From Bacteroidia bacterium (lineage in GTDB: Bacteria > Bacteroidota > Bacteroidia > M30B66), in assembly GCA_965279035.1 (NCBI GenBank), contig OZ257142.1, positions 3,840,001 through 3,904,000 on the forward strand: a stretch of 64,000 nucleotides of DNA, in the 5' to 3' direction. This document shows positions 9,817 through 20,734 of the stretch, piece after piece (the stretch's first letter is position 1; each line of letters begins with the position of its first letter). A program made the position numbers and the translations under genes. The notes below the pieces were generated by a model that had not been told where the DNA came from, did no database searches, and saw only the letters and a program-made list of their open reading frames with translations.

Positions 9817-11462
9817 ATGAAAAACCTGTTTACTTTTCTTTTTCTAATTTATGCAAGTGCATCCTCTTTTGCACAATCAGCATTTTTTACAGCGACAAAT
9901 TATCGTGGTGCATTTGCTCCTGCTCCTGCTGCTATGTGGACAGATGGTTGGTGTAATTGGGATCCTCAAAATGCTACATATGGAACTCCCGATGTGAATG
10001 TTTCTGCAAACATTTCAACAAATACTACTTGGACAGCTAATCATGTGTATTTGTTGCAAGGACAGATCTATGTGACTAACAATGCTACTTTAACAATCGA
10101 AGCTGGAACTGTAATTCAAGGTGATATTAATACTGCAGGATCGGGCTTATTTGTGACTAAAGGCGCTAAATTAAATGCCATTGGAACTTCTTCTCAACCA
10201 ATTGTTTTTACTTCAAATCAACCGGTAGGTAGTCGTAACCTTGGTGATTGGGGTGGTGTAATTTTATTAGGAAAAGCAAGCAGTAATTCCGTTGGAGGAG
10301 TCGCCAATATTGAAGGTATTGCACCAACCTCTGATACAGAATTTGGTGGTGGTACAAGTCCAGACGATAACGATAATTCAGGTTCATTACAATACGTTCG
10401 AATTGAATTTGGAGGTTACGTATACGCTCCAAACAAAGAAATTAATGGATTAACATTCGGAGCTGTTGGACGTGGAACTACCATCGATCATATTCAAATT
10501 TCTTATGCTAATGATGATGCATTTGAGTGGTTTGGTGGAGCTGTAAATTGTTCTCATTTGGTTGCTTATCGTTGTTTGGATGATGATTTTGACACTGATT
10601 TTGGGTTCCGTGGAAATTACAATTTTGTTTAGGCGTTCGTGATCCAGAGATTTCTGATAATCCAACAGTATCTACTTCCGAAGGATTTGAATCGGATAAT
10701 GATGCTGCAGGAGATGCATTAACTCCTTTAACTGCAGCTATTTTTAGTAATGTAACGATTGTTGGACCACTTCGTGGAGATGTTACTACTGCTGGTACTG
10801 TAGCAGCTGGATATCGTCGTGCTGCTCGTATTCGTCGTAATTCTAATCTCCGGATTTTCAATTCAATCTTAATGGATCACTTGAAAGGAGTGATGATTGA
10901 TGGAACAGCTTGCGAAGCAAATGCAACTTCAGGTGCTCTTGCTTTTAAACATAATATTCTTGCAGGAAATACAGCTGGAAATGTTTGTGAATTAACTTCA
11001 GGAAGTACTTTCGATATTCATAGCTGGTTTGCTGCAAGTATGAATGATTCATTGGTTTCTACTACCGGAATTTTAGTTACTCCTTATGATTTCCTAGCTC
11101 CTGACTATCGTCCTGCTTCTAGCTCTCCTGCTCTAACTGGTGCCGATTTCGCCGATGCTATTTTTAGTGGATTGGTGTTATCAGTAAACAACACTTCGGG
11201 GAATTTCGATCAAGCTGTTTTATTCCCAAATCCTGCGAACAGCTCTGTAAATCTTAATTTTAATTCCAACGTTTCAGGAATTGTTTCAGTGATGATTACA
11301 GATCTTTCTGGACGCGCTGTAATGAACACAGTTTCAACCAAAATGGCTGTCGGAAAAAACAATCTAACTTTCAATACAGAATCCTTAAGTACAGGAATGT
11401 ATTTTGTGACATTATCTGATGGTAAATCTCAACAATCATTTAAAGTTTCAATCAGTAAATAA
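9817..11462 (+). pseudogene. T9SS-secreted beta-helix protein (TBDR-associated family) split by a 1-bp frameshift near 10612-10620
   Basis: ORFs 9817-10632 and 10872-11462 join if one A is added to GGAAATTA (FRG-K-LQFCLGVRDPEISD...GFESDND); C-terminal FPNPA...GMYFV CTD. May be an assembly error. Confidence 0.75.
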
Positions 11463-11479
11463 TTCATTTTTCAATAATG

Positions 11480-11519
11480 AAAAACGCTGTCCAAATTAAA
11501 TTGGGCAGCGTTTTTTTTT
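11480..11519. terminator. Bidirectional intrinsic terminator
   Basis: AAAAACGCTGTCCAA...TTGGGCAGCGTTTTTTTTT between convergent genes. Confidence 0.75.
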
Positions 11520-11546
11520 GTATTTAATTGTTCAATATGAGAAGAA

Positions 11547-13208
11547 TTAATCTTCAAAAAAATCAATATCTGATTTACTTCGGTAACCAATCAATTTACC
11601 TGTATCGTCTTCTAAACGAAAAAGTGTAAAGAAATTTTTATTTTTCTCCTTTCCCCTAGGTATAAAACGAAGAGCAGTAATTTTATAAGGAGTAAATGGT
11701 TTCAAGAAAATCCAATTATTATTTAAATAAATCCCATCATTCTCAAGATAATACAAACCATATTTTCCGTCCTTTTTCAATCGCCTAAAAATGGTCGTTG
11801 CATATGATTTTTCAAAATAATCAATTGCATCATAATTCGCATCTAAAATGGATGTTCCATCGGGTTTAATCATTCCAAACTTCCCCTTCTTTTTAATGAT
11901 CCATTTATCACCCGCAACATTATATTCTGGTGACACATAAGGACTCTTAAAACCAATACTATCGTACATCGCAGGAATTACTTCTTTCCCTTCTGCCGTC
12001 ATCCAACCTAAAAGCATTTTACCGGACTTGTCCTTTTGTCCGAATAAAAACGAATAGCCCGACTCATTAAAACCATCAGTCCTTATTTGCACTATAGAAT
12101 CAGCATAAAAAGGAGATAGGAAATTACTGGTTAAAAGACCTTTCTTACCTCGTAATTGATAAGTCACATAATTATAATATTGAAATAATGTATCTGCCTT
12201 TTGATAAGCAAAACACCCCAATCCCAGATAATTAATAAGATTAATATTCTCTGCATTTTTTGGTAAATCTTGAAACACGTTTTTAGCAGGCTGAACAATT
12301 CTTGAATAGCGAGTATTAATCATATTCACCGAAAGTGTATCATTCTTCCTATTAAAACTACATCGCAGATAAGTACTAATAGGTGCTTCTACTTTTTTCT
12401 TTGGAGGCTCTTCTACAATATAATAATCATCAGCTGGTATACCTTCAACTTCATCTCTTATATCCATCGATTCCTGATAGGAGGCGTCTTGTATTTCTTT
12501 TACCCGTTTGGAATAGTCCTTTGCCGATTCATAAACCAATTCGATCTCTTCCTTTTCTTGATTGTATTTCAAACGCCCATGTTCTTTTTTGACATTCACA
12601 CTTAAATCAATCTCCAATTCCATATCCTGAGTAATTCGATCTCGCTCATATTTTATGTCGTAACAGTCTTTAATTAAGAATCGAGAACGAGCAGGCATTT
12701 GCGTATCGAAATAATAAATCCCAAATGTTTTATTCTTTTTATCTTGAACGATATGACAATAATAGCGAGCTCCTTCCAGCCCTTGTAAATACGCGAATTT
12801 CCCTATTCTACTTACTATTTTATAATCATTCGGCAGTAAAGAAACACCGCTCAAGGAATACCAATCTCGCTCATCATTTTTCAAATCTTTAAATGCCATG
12901 AATAGATAATCATCTACACATCGAATTCGAACGTATTGTGCTGGAACGACTTCATTCCTATAGAAAACTCCAAATTTTCCATTTTTGGATGTCAGAAAAT
13001 ACTTATCAGGTAATGCTAATTCTGAGGAAGAACTTTTTTCATTCGAATAGAATACTTCATCATATTTTGGTTCACATACCAGATTTCCCAAGGTATCAGC
13101 AAATCCCCACAAATTCCCTTTCCGAAAGGGAATTAGTATTTCCTGAGAAAAAGAAATACCTGAATAACAAATCAAACTTATAAGAATTAATCTGTGCATT
13201 TTATTCAA
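11547..13208 (-). CDS. WG-repeat-containing exported protein
   Basis: Signal peptide; KGNLWGFAD...EPKYD and KGKFGMI...YDAI repeats. Confidence 0.7.
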   Translation of the reverse strand: MNKMHRLILISLICYSGISFSQEILIPFRKGNLWGFADTLGNLVCEPKYDEVFYSNEKSSSSELALPDKYFLTSKNGKFGVFYRNEVVPAQYVRIRCVDDYLFMAFKDLKNDERDWYSLSGVSLLPNDYKIVSRIGKFAYLQGLEGARYYCHIVQDKKNKTFGIYYFDTQMPARSRFLIKDCYDIKYERDRITQDMELEIDLSVNVKKEHGRLKYNQEKEEIELVYESAKDYSKRVKEIQDASYQESMDIRDEVEGIPADDYYIVEEPPKKKVEAPISTYLRCSFNRKNDTLSVNMINTRYSRIVQPAKNVFQDLPKNAENINLINYLGLGCFAYQKADTLFQYYNYVTYQLRGKKGLLTSNFLSPFYADSIVQIRTDGFNESGYSFLFGQKDKSGKMLLGWMTAEGKEVIPAMYDSIGFKSPYVSPEYNVAGDKWIIKKKGKFGMIKPDGTSILDANYDAIDYFEKSYATTIFRRLKKDGKYGLYYLENDGIYLNNNWIFLKPFTPYKITALRFIPRGKEKNKNFFTLFRLEDDTGKLIGYRSKSDIDFFED

Positions 13209-13211
13209 ATA

Positions 13212-13760
13212 TTAAATTGATTTAATCACCTTACATGGATTACCAACTGCAATACTATTAGCAGGAATATCTTTCGTAACAACACTCCCCGCGCCTATTG
13301 TACAGTTATCTCCAATGCTTACTCCTGGACAAATAATCACCCCACCACCAATCCAAACTGTATTTCCAATGGTAACCGGTTTTGCTGATTCTAAATAGCT
13401 GAGTCGTTCTTGCGGATTCGTTGGGTGTGTAGCAGTATAAATATGAACACCCGGACCTAATAAAACGTTATTCCCAATATGTATAGGCATCACATCTAAA
13501 AACACACAATTAAAATTGGCAAAAAAGTTTTTTCCAACGTGTATGTTATATCCATAATCACAGAAAAAAGGTGACTCAATCAATAAGCTTCCTTTTGCCT
13601 GAATTAATTTCCGAAATAGAATATCCCGTTCAGGCACATCACTTGGATTTGAATCGTTAATGGCTTTGCAAAGTTGCCGCGCATGGATTCGCTCAGACGC
13701 TAATTCCGAATCTGCCGGATTATATATCTCACCACGGAGCATTTTCTCTTTTTCGGTCAT
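13212..13760 (-). CDS. Maltose/sugar O-acetyltransferase (hexapeptide repeat)
   Basis: MTEKEKML, PFFCDYGYNI, VWIGGGVIICPGVSIG, GNPCKVIK. Confidence 0.9.
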   Translation of the reverse strand: MTEKEKMLRGEIYNPADSELASERIHARQLCKAINDSNPSDVPERDILFRKLIQAKGSLLIESPFFCDYGYNIHVGKNFFANFNCVFLDVMPIHIGNNVLLGPGVHIYTATHPTNPQERLSYLESAKPVTIGNTVWIGGGVIICPGVSIGDNCTIGAGSVVTKDIPANSIAVGNPCKVIKSI

Positions 13761-13810
13761 GTTGCTTAATAGGATCTATAAAATCCATTACTAAATCAAT
13801 GATGTCATTT

Positions 13811-13858
13811 CAAAAAAAGAAGTGCTTTTAGAGTGATAAATTCCTCTAAAAGCACTTC
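13811..13858 (-). terminator. Intrinsic terminator of the tail-fibre-like gene
   Basis: GAAGTGCTTTTAGAG...CTCTAAAAGCACTTC with adjacent A-run (T-run on minus strand). Confidence 0.7.
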
Positions 13859-13877
13859 ATCAACAAAACTAAATAAA

Positions 13878-15575
13878 TTATTTGCTCACCACCAATTGTT
13901 TACTGCAATAAACCCGATCACCAGACATCAGAATGATTGAATAAATTCCATTGATGAAATCACGTGTTGATATAGTGTATGAATTAATGCCAGCTGGAAT
14001 ATTTTCAATACGAACCAATTTCCTTTCCGAATTATATATCATAAGAGACATTCCATTTTCATTGTTTGGTAATTTCAATGTGGATTGTTCATTTGCAGGA
14101 TTTGGAACAAGTTGAAACGATGCGTTCTCATTGCGATTTGTTGATTCAAAATTGGGTTTATTTTCTGTTTTCAATTGAGCATTTTCAGCTTCTAATTTCT
14201 CTACTCTTGCGCTAAGCTCTTTCACCGCATTAACAAGCGGAACAACAAATGCAGCATAATTTACCGCATAATAATCTTGCTCATTGGCAGGCTTACTCAA
14301 TCCTTCAAAATTGGCTCCTTTCAAAGCTTTTTCAACATCTTGTGCAATGAATCCTTGACGGTTTCCACCTTCCACATTATTGATGTATTCATACGAAACA
14401 GGTTGTAATTCTTTAATAAAATTCAAACCTAAATGATATGGTTCAATATGCTGTTTTAATCGTTTATCCGAATCAATAAAAAATCCAACCTGACCACTAA
14501 TTCGTGTAATACTGTTGTTACCTAAACGTATTCTATCAGAAGCAGTAACAATAGCTCCATTTCCAATGGCCGCTGCATTATCCCATGAACCGGATGTTTG
14601 AGCCTGATATCCGAGTAATGTAACTCCAGAAGCAGGATAACTAATTAAACTACCTCCAGAAAAATTACCAATGCATACATTACTTGATCCGTTTTGAATA
14701 TTGTTTCCTGCCGATCTTCCGACAAAAACATTGCTATTCCCATCATTCATTGATGCACCAACAAATGCCCCTAATAATGTATTATCTGAACCTGTTGAAA
14801 CACTTGTTGCAGCTTGAGAACCAACAATGGTATTTCCGCCACCACTTGATAAAATATATCCAGTTCCTTGTCCAATCAAAATATTATTACTTCCCGTTGT
14901 AAGGGCATGTCCTGCATTCGTTCCAATACTAATATCATTAGCATGTCCTGTATTTCCTCCAGAAGCACCTGCATTAGGTCCAATACTAATATTATCTAAG
15001 GAAAATGAACCACTAGTACTGATTGCTCCAGCGAGCTCTACATTTCCTGTTGTTGTATTCCATTGAAGCGAATTAGCTGCTCCACGATACACATTACCAG
15101 ATAAAAATAAATTACTCCATTGACTAGCACTTGAGCCCAATGAACGAAGTCCTGATGGGCGCAAATCTGAATTGATTGCAGTTGTTGCAGCTAAATTCGA
15201 TAAGGCAGTATTTGCAAAACTAGCCCAGCTCAAAACGCCACTACCATTCGTCGATAATGCCTGACCGGATGTTCCTGCAGTGCTAGGAAGTACTAACATT
15301 AAATTGGAACCTAATGCACTTGGTGATCGAAATCCGGTATAATTGGTTCCACTTGCAGCAAGCTCCAAAAATCGCAATTCACTTGTATTTCCGGATGCTG
15401 TCCCAAAAGGGCGAACTTCAATCGCATTAGCATCCGTAGGTTTTAATGTTAGCCAAGCTGAAGGTGTTGTTGTTCCAATTCCAACTCTTCCTGTTGCAGG
15501 AAAAGTATTTTGTGCTTGTGTTTTGAATATTAACAAACAAGCAGATACTAGTATAAAATAGTTTCTCATGAGCAT
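13878..15575 (-). CDS. T9SS-secreted tail-fibre-like protein with peptidase S74 intramolecular chaperone
   Basis: Gly/Asn-rich NxxIGxxAG repeats, SDKRLK...GFIAQDV, coiled coil, VPNPA CTD. Confidence 0.8.
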   Translation of the reverse strand: MLMRNYFILVSACLLIFKTQAQNTFPATGRVGIGTTTPSAWLTLKPTDANAIEVRPFGTASGNTSELRFLELAASGTNYTGFRSPSALGSNLMLVLPSTAGTSGQALSTNGSGVLSWASFANTALSNLAATTAINSDLRPSGLRSLGSSASQWSNLFLSGNVYRGAANSLQWNTTTGNVELAGAISTSGSFSLDNISIGPNAGASGGNTGHANDISIGTNAGHALTTGSNNILIGQGTGYILSSGGGNTIVGSQAATSVSTGSDNTLLGAFVGASMNDGNSNVFVGRSAGNNIQNGSSNVCIGNFSGGSLISYPASGVTLLGYQAQTSGSWDNAAAIGNGAIVTASDRIRLGNNSITRISGQVGFFIDSDKRLKQHIEPYHLGLNFIKELQPVSYEYINNVEGGNRQGFIAQDVEKALKGANFEGLSKPANEQDYYAVNYAAFVVPLVNAVKELSARVEKLEAENAQLKTENKPNFESTNRNENASFQLVPNPANEQSTLKLPNNENGMSLMIYNSERKLVRIENIPAGINSYTISTRDFINGIYSIILMSGDRVYCSKQLVVSK

Positions 15576-15822
15576 TGATTTAGGTTAGGTTGGTTTAGAA
15601 ATAACAAGTCAATTTGAATACCCCACTTACATAGATAGCTTCTTATCAACTCATTAAATCTAGATACAATAATAAATAAAACTTTTGAAACGAATTATTT
15701 ATAAACCCATCTTCTTTTGAAATAAAATCAATTCAATAATTAATTTGTCACAAAGAAGAATATAGAAATCCGATTCGATCTCAAGTAAAGAGATTCGCAT
15801 TCTAATTAAATAGATTTTAAAT

Positions 15823-18800
15823 TTATTTATTCACGATAATATGAAAGTATTCTTGCTCATTTCCAGATTCAATCAATACTAAATAAATTCCATTTGAATT
15901 TAGTCGAAAATGTTCCATTGAATGTGTAATTTCTCTACTAATAACAAGCTCTCCAAGCACATTATAAATTTTGCATTGTGCCGAATTTAATTCAGTATCT
16001 ATATAAAAATCACCCTGATTTGGGTTTGGAAAAATTCGAATAGTATTCGTAAAATTTTCAGGAATTGATAAACAAAAATCAAAATTAACGGCCACCGAAT
16101 CAGATCCTTCACAACCCTGCAGATTCGTTACCACTACACCATAAATTCCATCACTATTCACTAACAAAGTTTGCGTATTGGCACCCGAATTCCAGGCATA
16201 CGAACTCATCCCGGAACCGGCGTCTAATAAGAGAGTTTGTCCATCACACAATAGGGTATCATTACCCAAATTCACGGTGGGTAAGTCCAAAATACTTAGA
16301 TGAGTAATGACAATACTATCACAGGAATTAATCCCAATAAATGAATCAGAATAGTTGCCTGCTTGTGAATAAATCGAATTGCCAATAGAATACTCATCAC
16401 CCAAACAAATAGAAATACTTTGCTCAATTGTGTCGGGCTCTAGTACCAATAATGTTGTGTTAATGATACTATCACATCCAGCATTTGTCAATAAGGTATC
16501 AGTATAAATACCCGCTTCATTGTATGTAGAATTTCCTACTTGCACCGAATTCCCTGAACATACACTGAGCGTTTGATTAATCACTTGAATCAATCCACCA
16601 TTGCAAACCACCACCTGTTCATGCTCCGAATAAGTTGTGCAACAACCCGTAATGGCTATCACATAATATTCACCACTACTTGTTACTGTTAATATCGGAC
16701 CTGAAGCGATATAGGTGAAAAATCCATTGGGATTTCCGTACCACTGAAAAGTAACATTTTGGTTCGACGTAGCTGTGAGCGTATTTCCAATAATACTTAC
16801 TGAAACCTGTGGTGCTGAAGAAACTGTAAAGTATTTATTAAAGGATACTTTCTCTGGATGATTCACATCGCGAACGCGCATTTTATAAATCCCTTCTGCA
16901 GTATTCAATGGAATATTGGCTGTAATTGTTCCTAAACTATCTATCACACCATTACCGATCTGTAAAGCAGATGAAAAATCATCGTTCACATTGGCCATTT
17001 CATAAACAACCTGGCTATTATCATTGGGCATGTGATACGGATCATAAGCTGTAAAACCGATAGCGTCTCCTGGACAAAATGGCGTAGTTGGATTAATATT
17101 CGAAAATGCTCCTATTCCTGAAACACTTATTCCACTTACTGCATATCCGTGTAAATCGTCACTAAAAAACACATCGGTATAATCGTTATTTGTATTTCCA
17201 TTGGTACGATTGAGCCAAGTTGCACCTCCATCATTTGTGATAAGATACGTTCCAGAACTTCCTACTACCATTCCCCGATTTGCATCTAAAAAATGAACTC
17301 CATTGAGGTAATTTGTTGTTCCACTCGTTTGTACTTGCCAGCTTGCTCCACCATCTATCGTGTGAATAATCAATCCACCATTTCCAACTGCCCAACCGGT
17401 ATTTACATCGGTAAAAAATAAATTCGATAACTGCGCACTTCCACCCGGAATTGCCGACCAAGTAGCACCACCATTGATCGTTTTCAAAATTGCTCCCGTG
17501 CTGGCACACATATACCCAATTTGCGGACTTGGAAACTTGATATCTAAATAATAAACGGTTGAATTTGAATTCTGCGAAATGGTCCAGGTTTGTCCGCCAT
17601 TCGCTGTATACATAATGGTTTGACGATAACCTCCAACTACACCATGGTTGAAATCGGTAAAGTGCACCGAATACATCGAACTCGTGGATGGATTTGCAAT
17701 GGAAGTCCAGCTTTCGCCTCCATCAAGAGTTCTAAAAACATTAGATCCTCCAACGGCATATCCTGTGTCACGATTGATGAAATAAATATCGTTGAGATAC
17801 TGAGGAGTATTGAGATTCATGGGTTTCCAATTATTTCCTCCATCTTCGGTTTTGTAGGCAACACCATAATATCCGCTTGCATATCCGCGATCAGGTGTGG
17901 GAAAATGTACACTTTGTAATGTACCATCAACTCGCATCCATGTATGTCCGCCATCGCGCGTGTATTCAACAAAATTGCTTCCGATGCAATAGGCTTCCAA
18001 TCGATTCTTAAAGGCCACCGAACGGATATCGGTAGTTTGAACTGTAGTTCCTAAAGTCCAGGATTGACCAGCGTCTTCGGTCACATATCGAACTCCATTG
18101 CTCCCAGTAATTACTCCGTGATCCAAATCTGTAAATGCAAGAGAAAGTAAATTCTCTAAACTAAATGATGGAAGTAAATTCCAATTCGAACCACCATCGG
18201 TTGTCTTGTAAACTGTTCCAGCTGTTCCAACGCAGTATCCGGTTTGCTCATCCACAAAAGCAATTTTATTCAAATCAATTGCGGCATTAAGTACTACACT
18301 AGAACTTACTGTTTGATTGATGACTTTGAGAATAATTCCACCATTGGCACAAGCAAACGAGGTAGAATCATTTAGCATCCAAACTCCTTTAATATGATTG
18401 GTTGTTCCAGTGGGAATGGCTGTCCAGTTCGTTCCTTGATTGCTTGTCAACCTTAATGTACCATCGTTTCCACACACAATTCCTTTTTGATCGCTGATGA
18501 AATAAACGTCTAATAAATCTTTAGATACACCGATGTATTTACTATTTCCCCATCCCCAGAAATAAGCACATTCGTTGTTGGTGCGATAAAGTCCTTGAGT
18601 ACCGACAGTAATCCCGAATTGTTTACTGGGAAAATGAGCGGCTGTAACAGATATTCCACCAGAGGATAATCCTATCCAGTTTCTACCACCATCAATTGAG
18701 GTTCGAAAAAGATTTCCGCCAGTAACCATCATAGTATTGGTATCAGCAAAAACGACATCCTGTAAGAATGAACCTGAAGGCACACTATAGATACTGGTAA

Positions 18801-18870
18801 ACTGTGCGTTTGATTTAGAATAGAAACAAAGCAATATCAATAGAACGTAAATACGTTGCATACAAAACAA
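15823..18870 (-). CDS. YCF48/BNR-repeat beta-propeller protein with Ig-like repeats and T9SS type A CTD
   Basis: Many TxDGGxxW repeats, GCDSI repeats, IFPNPNQG CTD; ATG at 18861 is a likely start. Confidence 0.85.
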   Translation of the reverse strand: MFCMQRIYVLLILLCFYSKSNAQFTSIYSVPSGSFLQDVVFADTNTMMVTGGNLFRTSIDGGRNWIGLSSGGISVTAAHFPSKQFGITVGTQGLYRTNNECAYFWGWGNSKYIGVSKDLLDVYFISDQKGIVCGNDGTLRLTSNQGTNWTAIPTGTTNHIKGVWMLNDSTSFACANGGIILKVINQTVSSSVVLNAAIDLNKIAFVDEQTGYCVGTAGTVYKTTDGGSNWNLLPSFSLENLLSLAFTDLDHGVITGSNGVRYVTEDAGQSWTLGTTVQTTDIRSVAFKNRLEAYCIGSNFVEYTRDGGHTWMRVDGTLQSVHFPTPDRGYASGYYGVAYKTEDGGNNWKPMNLNTPQYLNDIYFINRDTGYAVGGSNVFRTLDGGESWTSIANPSTSSMYSVHFTDFNHGVVGGYRQTIMYTANGGQTWTISQNSNSTVYYLDIKFPSPQIGYMCASTGAILKTINGGATWSAIPGGSAQLSNLFFTDVNTGWAVGNGGLIIHTIDGGASWQVQTSGTTNYLNGVHFLDANRGMVVGSSGTYLITNDGGATWLNRTNGNTNNDYTDVFFSDDLHGYAVSGISVSGIGAFSNINPTTPFCPGDAIGFTAYDPYHMPNDNSQVVYEMANVNDDFSSALQIGNGVIDSLGTITANIPLNTAEGIYKMRVRDVNHPEKVSFNKYFTVSSAPQVSVSIIGNTLTATSNQNVTFQWYGNPNGFFTYIASGPILTVTSSGEYYVIAITGCCTTYSEHEQVVVCNGGLIQVINQTLSVCSGNSVQVGNSTYNEAGIYTDTLLTNAGCDSIINTTLLVLEPDTIEQSISICLGDEYSIGNSIYSQAGNYSDSFIGINSCDSIVITHLSILDLPTVNLGNDTLLCDGQTLLLDAGSGMSSYAWNSGANTQTLLVNSDGIYGVVVTNLQGCEGSDSVAVNFDFCLSIPENFTNTIRIFPNPNQGDFYIDTELNSAQCKIYNVLGELVISREITHSMEHFRLNSNGIYLVLIESGNEQEYFHIIVNK

Positions 18871-19069
18871 ATTATGGGTGTGGAAATGAATAAATCCGAT
18901 GCTAAAATACTTCGATTCATTTGAACCGGACGTTTTTATGAAGGAATAAAAAGAAAGTTCATAGAGACTGAAAATTGTCGAAATTCTAAGGATTTTAATT
19001 TAGATTAATTGAATTTTATCCAATAAAAAACCCCGCCGAAGCAGGGTTCATTTTAATTTTCTTATTGAA

Positions 19070-19810
19070 TTATTTTCCTCCAAAAACGCGTCTTAAAATA
19101 TCGGTGACTTGAGCTACTGGATCTTTCCTGATTTTGGCTTCTTCCTGAGCAATAAGCTTAAATAAGCCTTCAAGTGCTTTGCTAGTAACATACTGATCGA
19201 GATCTGGATTTTTCTTGCTCACACCGGGTATCATATTGTATTTATTGATAATCGGCTTCCAATATTTTGTGAGTTGTACTTTGTTGATTGCTGCTTTAAC
19301 GATGGGTGAAAATTTCGTTGTTAATTCTGCAGTAGTGCGCGATTGTAAATAATTTGTAGCTGCATTTTCACCACCTCGAAGTATAGTCAAACCATCAGAA
19401 ATTGTCATCGATTTTACTGCACTAATAAAAACAGGTGCAGCTTCTTTGGAAGCTTCTTCGGCAGCACGATTCATGGTTTTCACAAATTGATCAACCTGTG
19501 AACCCATCCCAAATTGACGTGCTTTTGTCTCTACTACTTTTACTTCTGGTGGAAATGGAATTTTAATTAATGGGTTTTTAAAAAAACCATCTGTCAATGA
19601 TGCGCTACCTGCTGCTTTATTTGTTCCTACATTGAGTGCTTCTTTAAGGCCTTTTATTACCTCATCATTACTAACATTACTACCAAGTGGAGTTCCACTT
19701 GAAGTACTCGAATTGATTTTTTTCTGAGCTTGTTGAAGGATATTTTGTGATTGAACTGAGCTTGTTGCTACCAGCAAACAAAGCAATAGAGCGAAACGGT
19801 TCATATTCAT
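19070..19810 (-). CDS. DUF4197 family protein
   Basis: GLKEAL, MNRAAEEA, IAQEEAKIRKDP motifs. Confidence 0.85.
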   Translation of the reverse strand: MNMNRFALLLCLLVATSSVQSQNILQQAQKKINSSTSSGTPLGSNVSNDEVIKGLKEALNVGTNKAAGSASLTDGFFKNPLIKIPFPPEVKVVETKARQFGMGSQVDQFVKTMNRAAEEASKEAAPVFISAVKSMTISDGLTILRGGENAATNYLQSRTTAELTTKFSPIVKAAINKVQLTKYWKPIINKYNMIPGVSKKNPDLDQYVTSKALEGLFKLIAQEEAKIRKDPVAQVTDILRRVFGGK

Positions 19811-19843
19811 TGGTTTTTCAAGGCGTTTACAAATACGTTGCCA

Positions 19844-20629
19844 TCAGTGTTTCTTAGGATGATGCTGAATGAATGTCCTTTTTTTAGCATTCCGTGTTCG
19901 AAGTAAATTCAAGGTTTCAACAATCAACGAAAAGGCCATGGCTACATACACATACGGTTTTAAATCAAGGTGATAATCTTCTTCAATATGCAATGATTCT
20001 AAAATCAACACAATTCCAATTGCAACTAAAAATACCATCGCCAACATTTTTATAGTTTGGTATTTATTGATAAAGTCGCTAACAACACCCGAAAATGCAA
20101 TCATGATGATAATTGCTATCACAACAGCTAAAATCATAATCACTAGATTTTGAGAAATTGCTACTGCAGTGAGAATTGAATCGAACGAGAAAACGATATC
20201 CAACAATACGATTTGAACAATGGCTTTGGCAAATCCTTGAGCTGTAACTGTACCAGTATCTTCATGTTCGTCTTTGCTCAACTTTTCATAAATCTCCATG
20301 ATGGTTTTAATCGTTAAGAAAATACCTCCAGCCATCAAAATCAAATCTCGTCCACTTGCTCCATATGAACCAATGTGGATGAGGGGTTCTTTCAAACCTG
20401 CAATCCAAGAAATAATAGAAAGCAATAAAATACGGAATACCAAAGCCAAACTTAGCCCTATGAACCTAGCTCGTTGCTGACTGCTTTTTGGCAACTTCCC
20501 AGCTACAATAGAAATAAAAATAATATTATCAATCCCGAGAACAATCTCGAGAACAGTCAGAGAAAGCAAGGTAATTACTCCATTTACTGTTAAAAATGCC
20601 TCCCAGGCAGCAGGATCAAAAAAGCCCAT
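19844..20629 (-). CDS. TerC family membrane protein
   Basis: LEIVLGIDNIIFISI and DIVFSFDSILTA. Confidence 0.9.
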   Translation of the reverse strand: MGFFDPAAWEAFLTVNGVITLLSLTVLEIVLGIDNIIFISIVAGKLPKSSQQRARFIGLSLALVFRILLLSIISWIAGLKEPLIHIGSYGASGRDLILMAGGIFLTIKTIMEIYEKLSKDEHEDTGTVTAQGFAKAIVQIVLLDIVFSFDSILTAVAISQNLVIMILAVVIAIIIMIAFSGVVSDFINKYQTIKMLAMVFLVAIGIVLILESLHIEEDYHLDLKPYVYVAMAFSLIVETLNLLRTRNAKKRTFIQHHPKKH

Positions 20630-20734
20630 TTGTTTAGATAAAATTCAGGCTGCAAAACTATTCAAAAGGAAGGAGGTGCGATGCCCGTATTTTTTTTTGT
20701 TTAGCTTTGTCCATCACCCTCGCCCGAAAGGCTT

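Noticed and set aside
10605-10632. Programmed ribosomal frameshift or phase variation
   Set aside because: No canonical slippery heptamer or long homopolymer at the inferred lesion
13878-15575. Prophage
   Set aside because: Only one tail-fibre-like gene, with a signal peptide and T9SS CTD; no phage structural or replication genes
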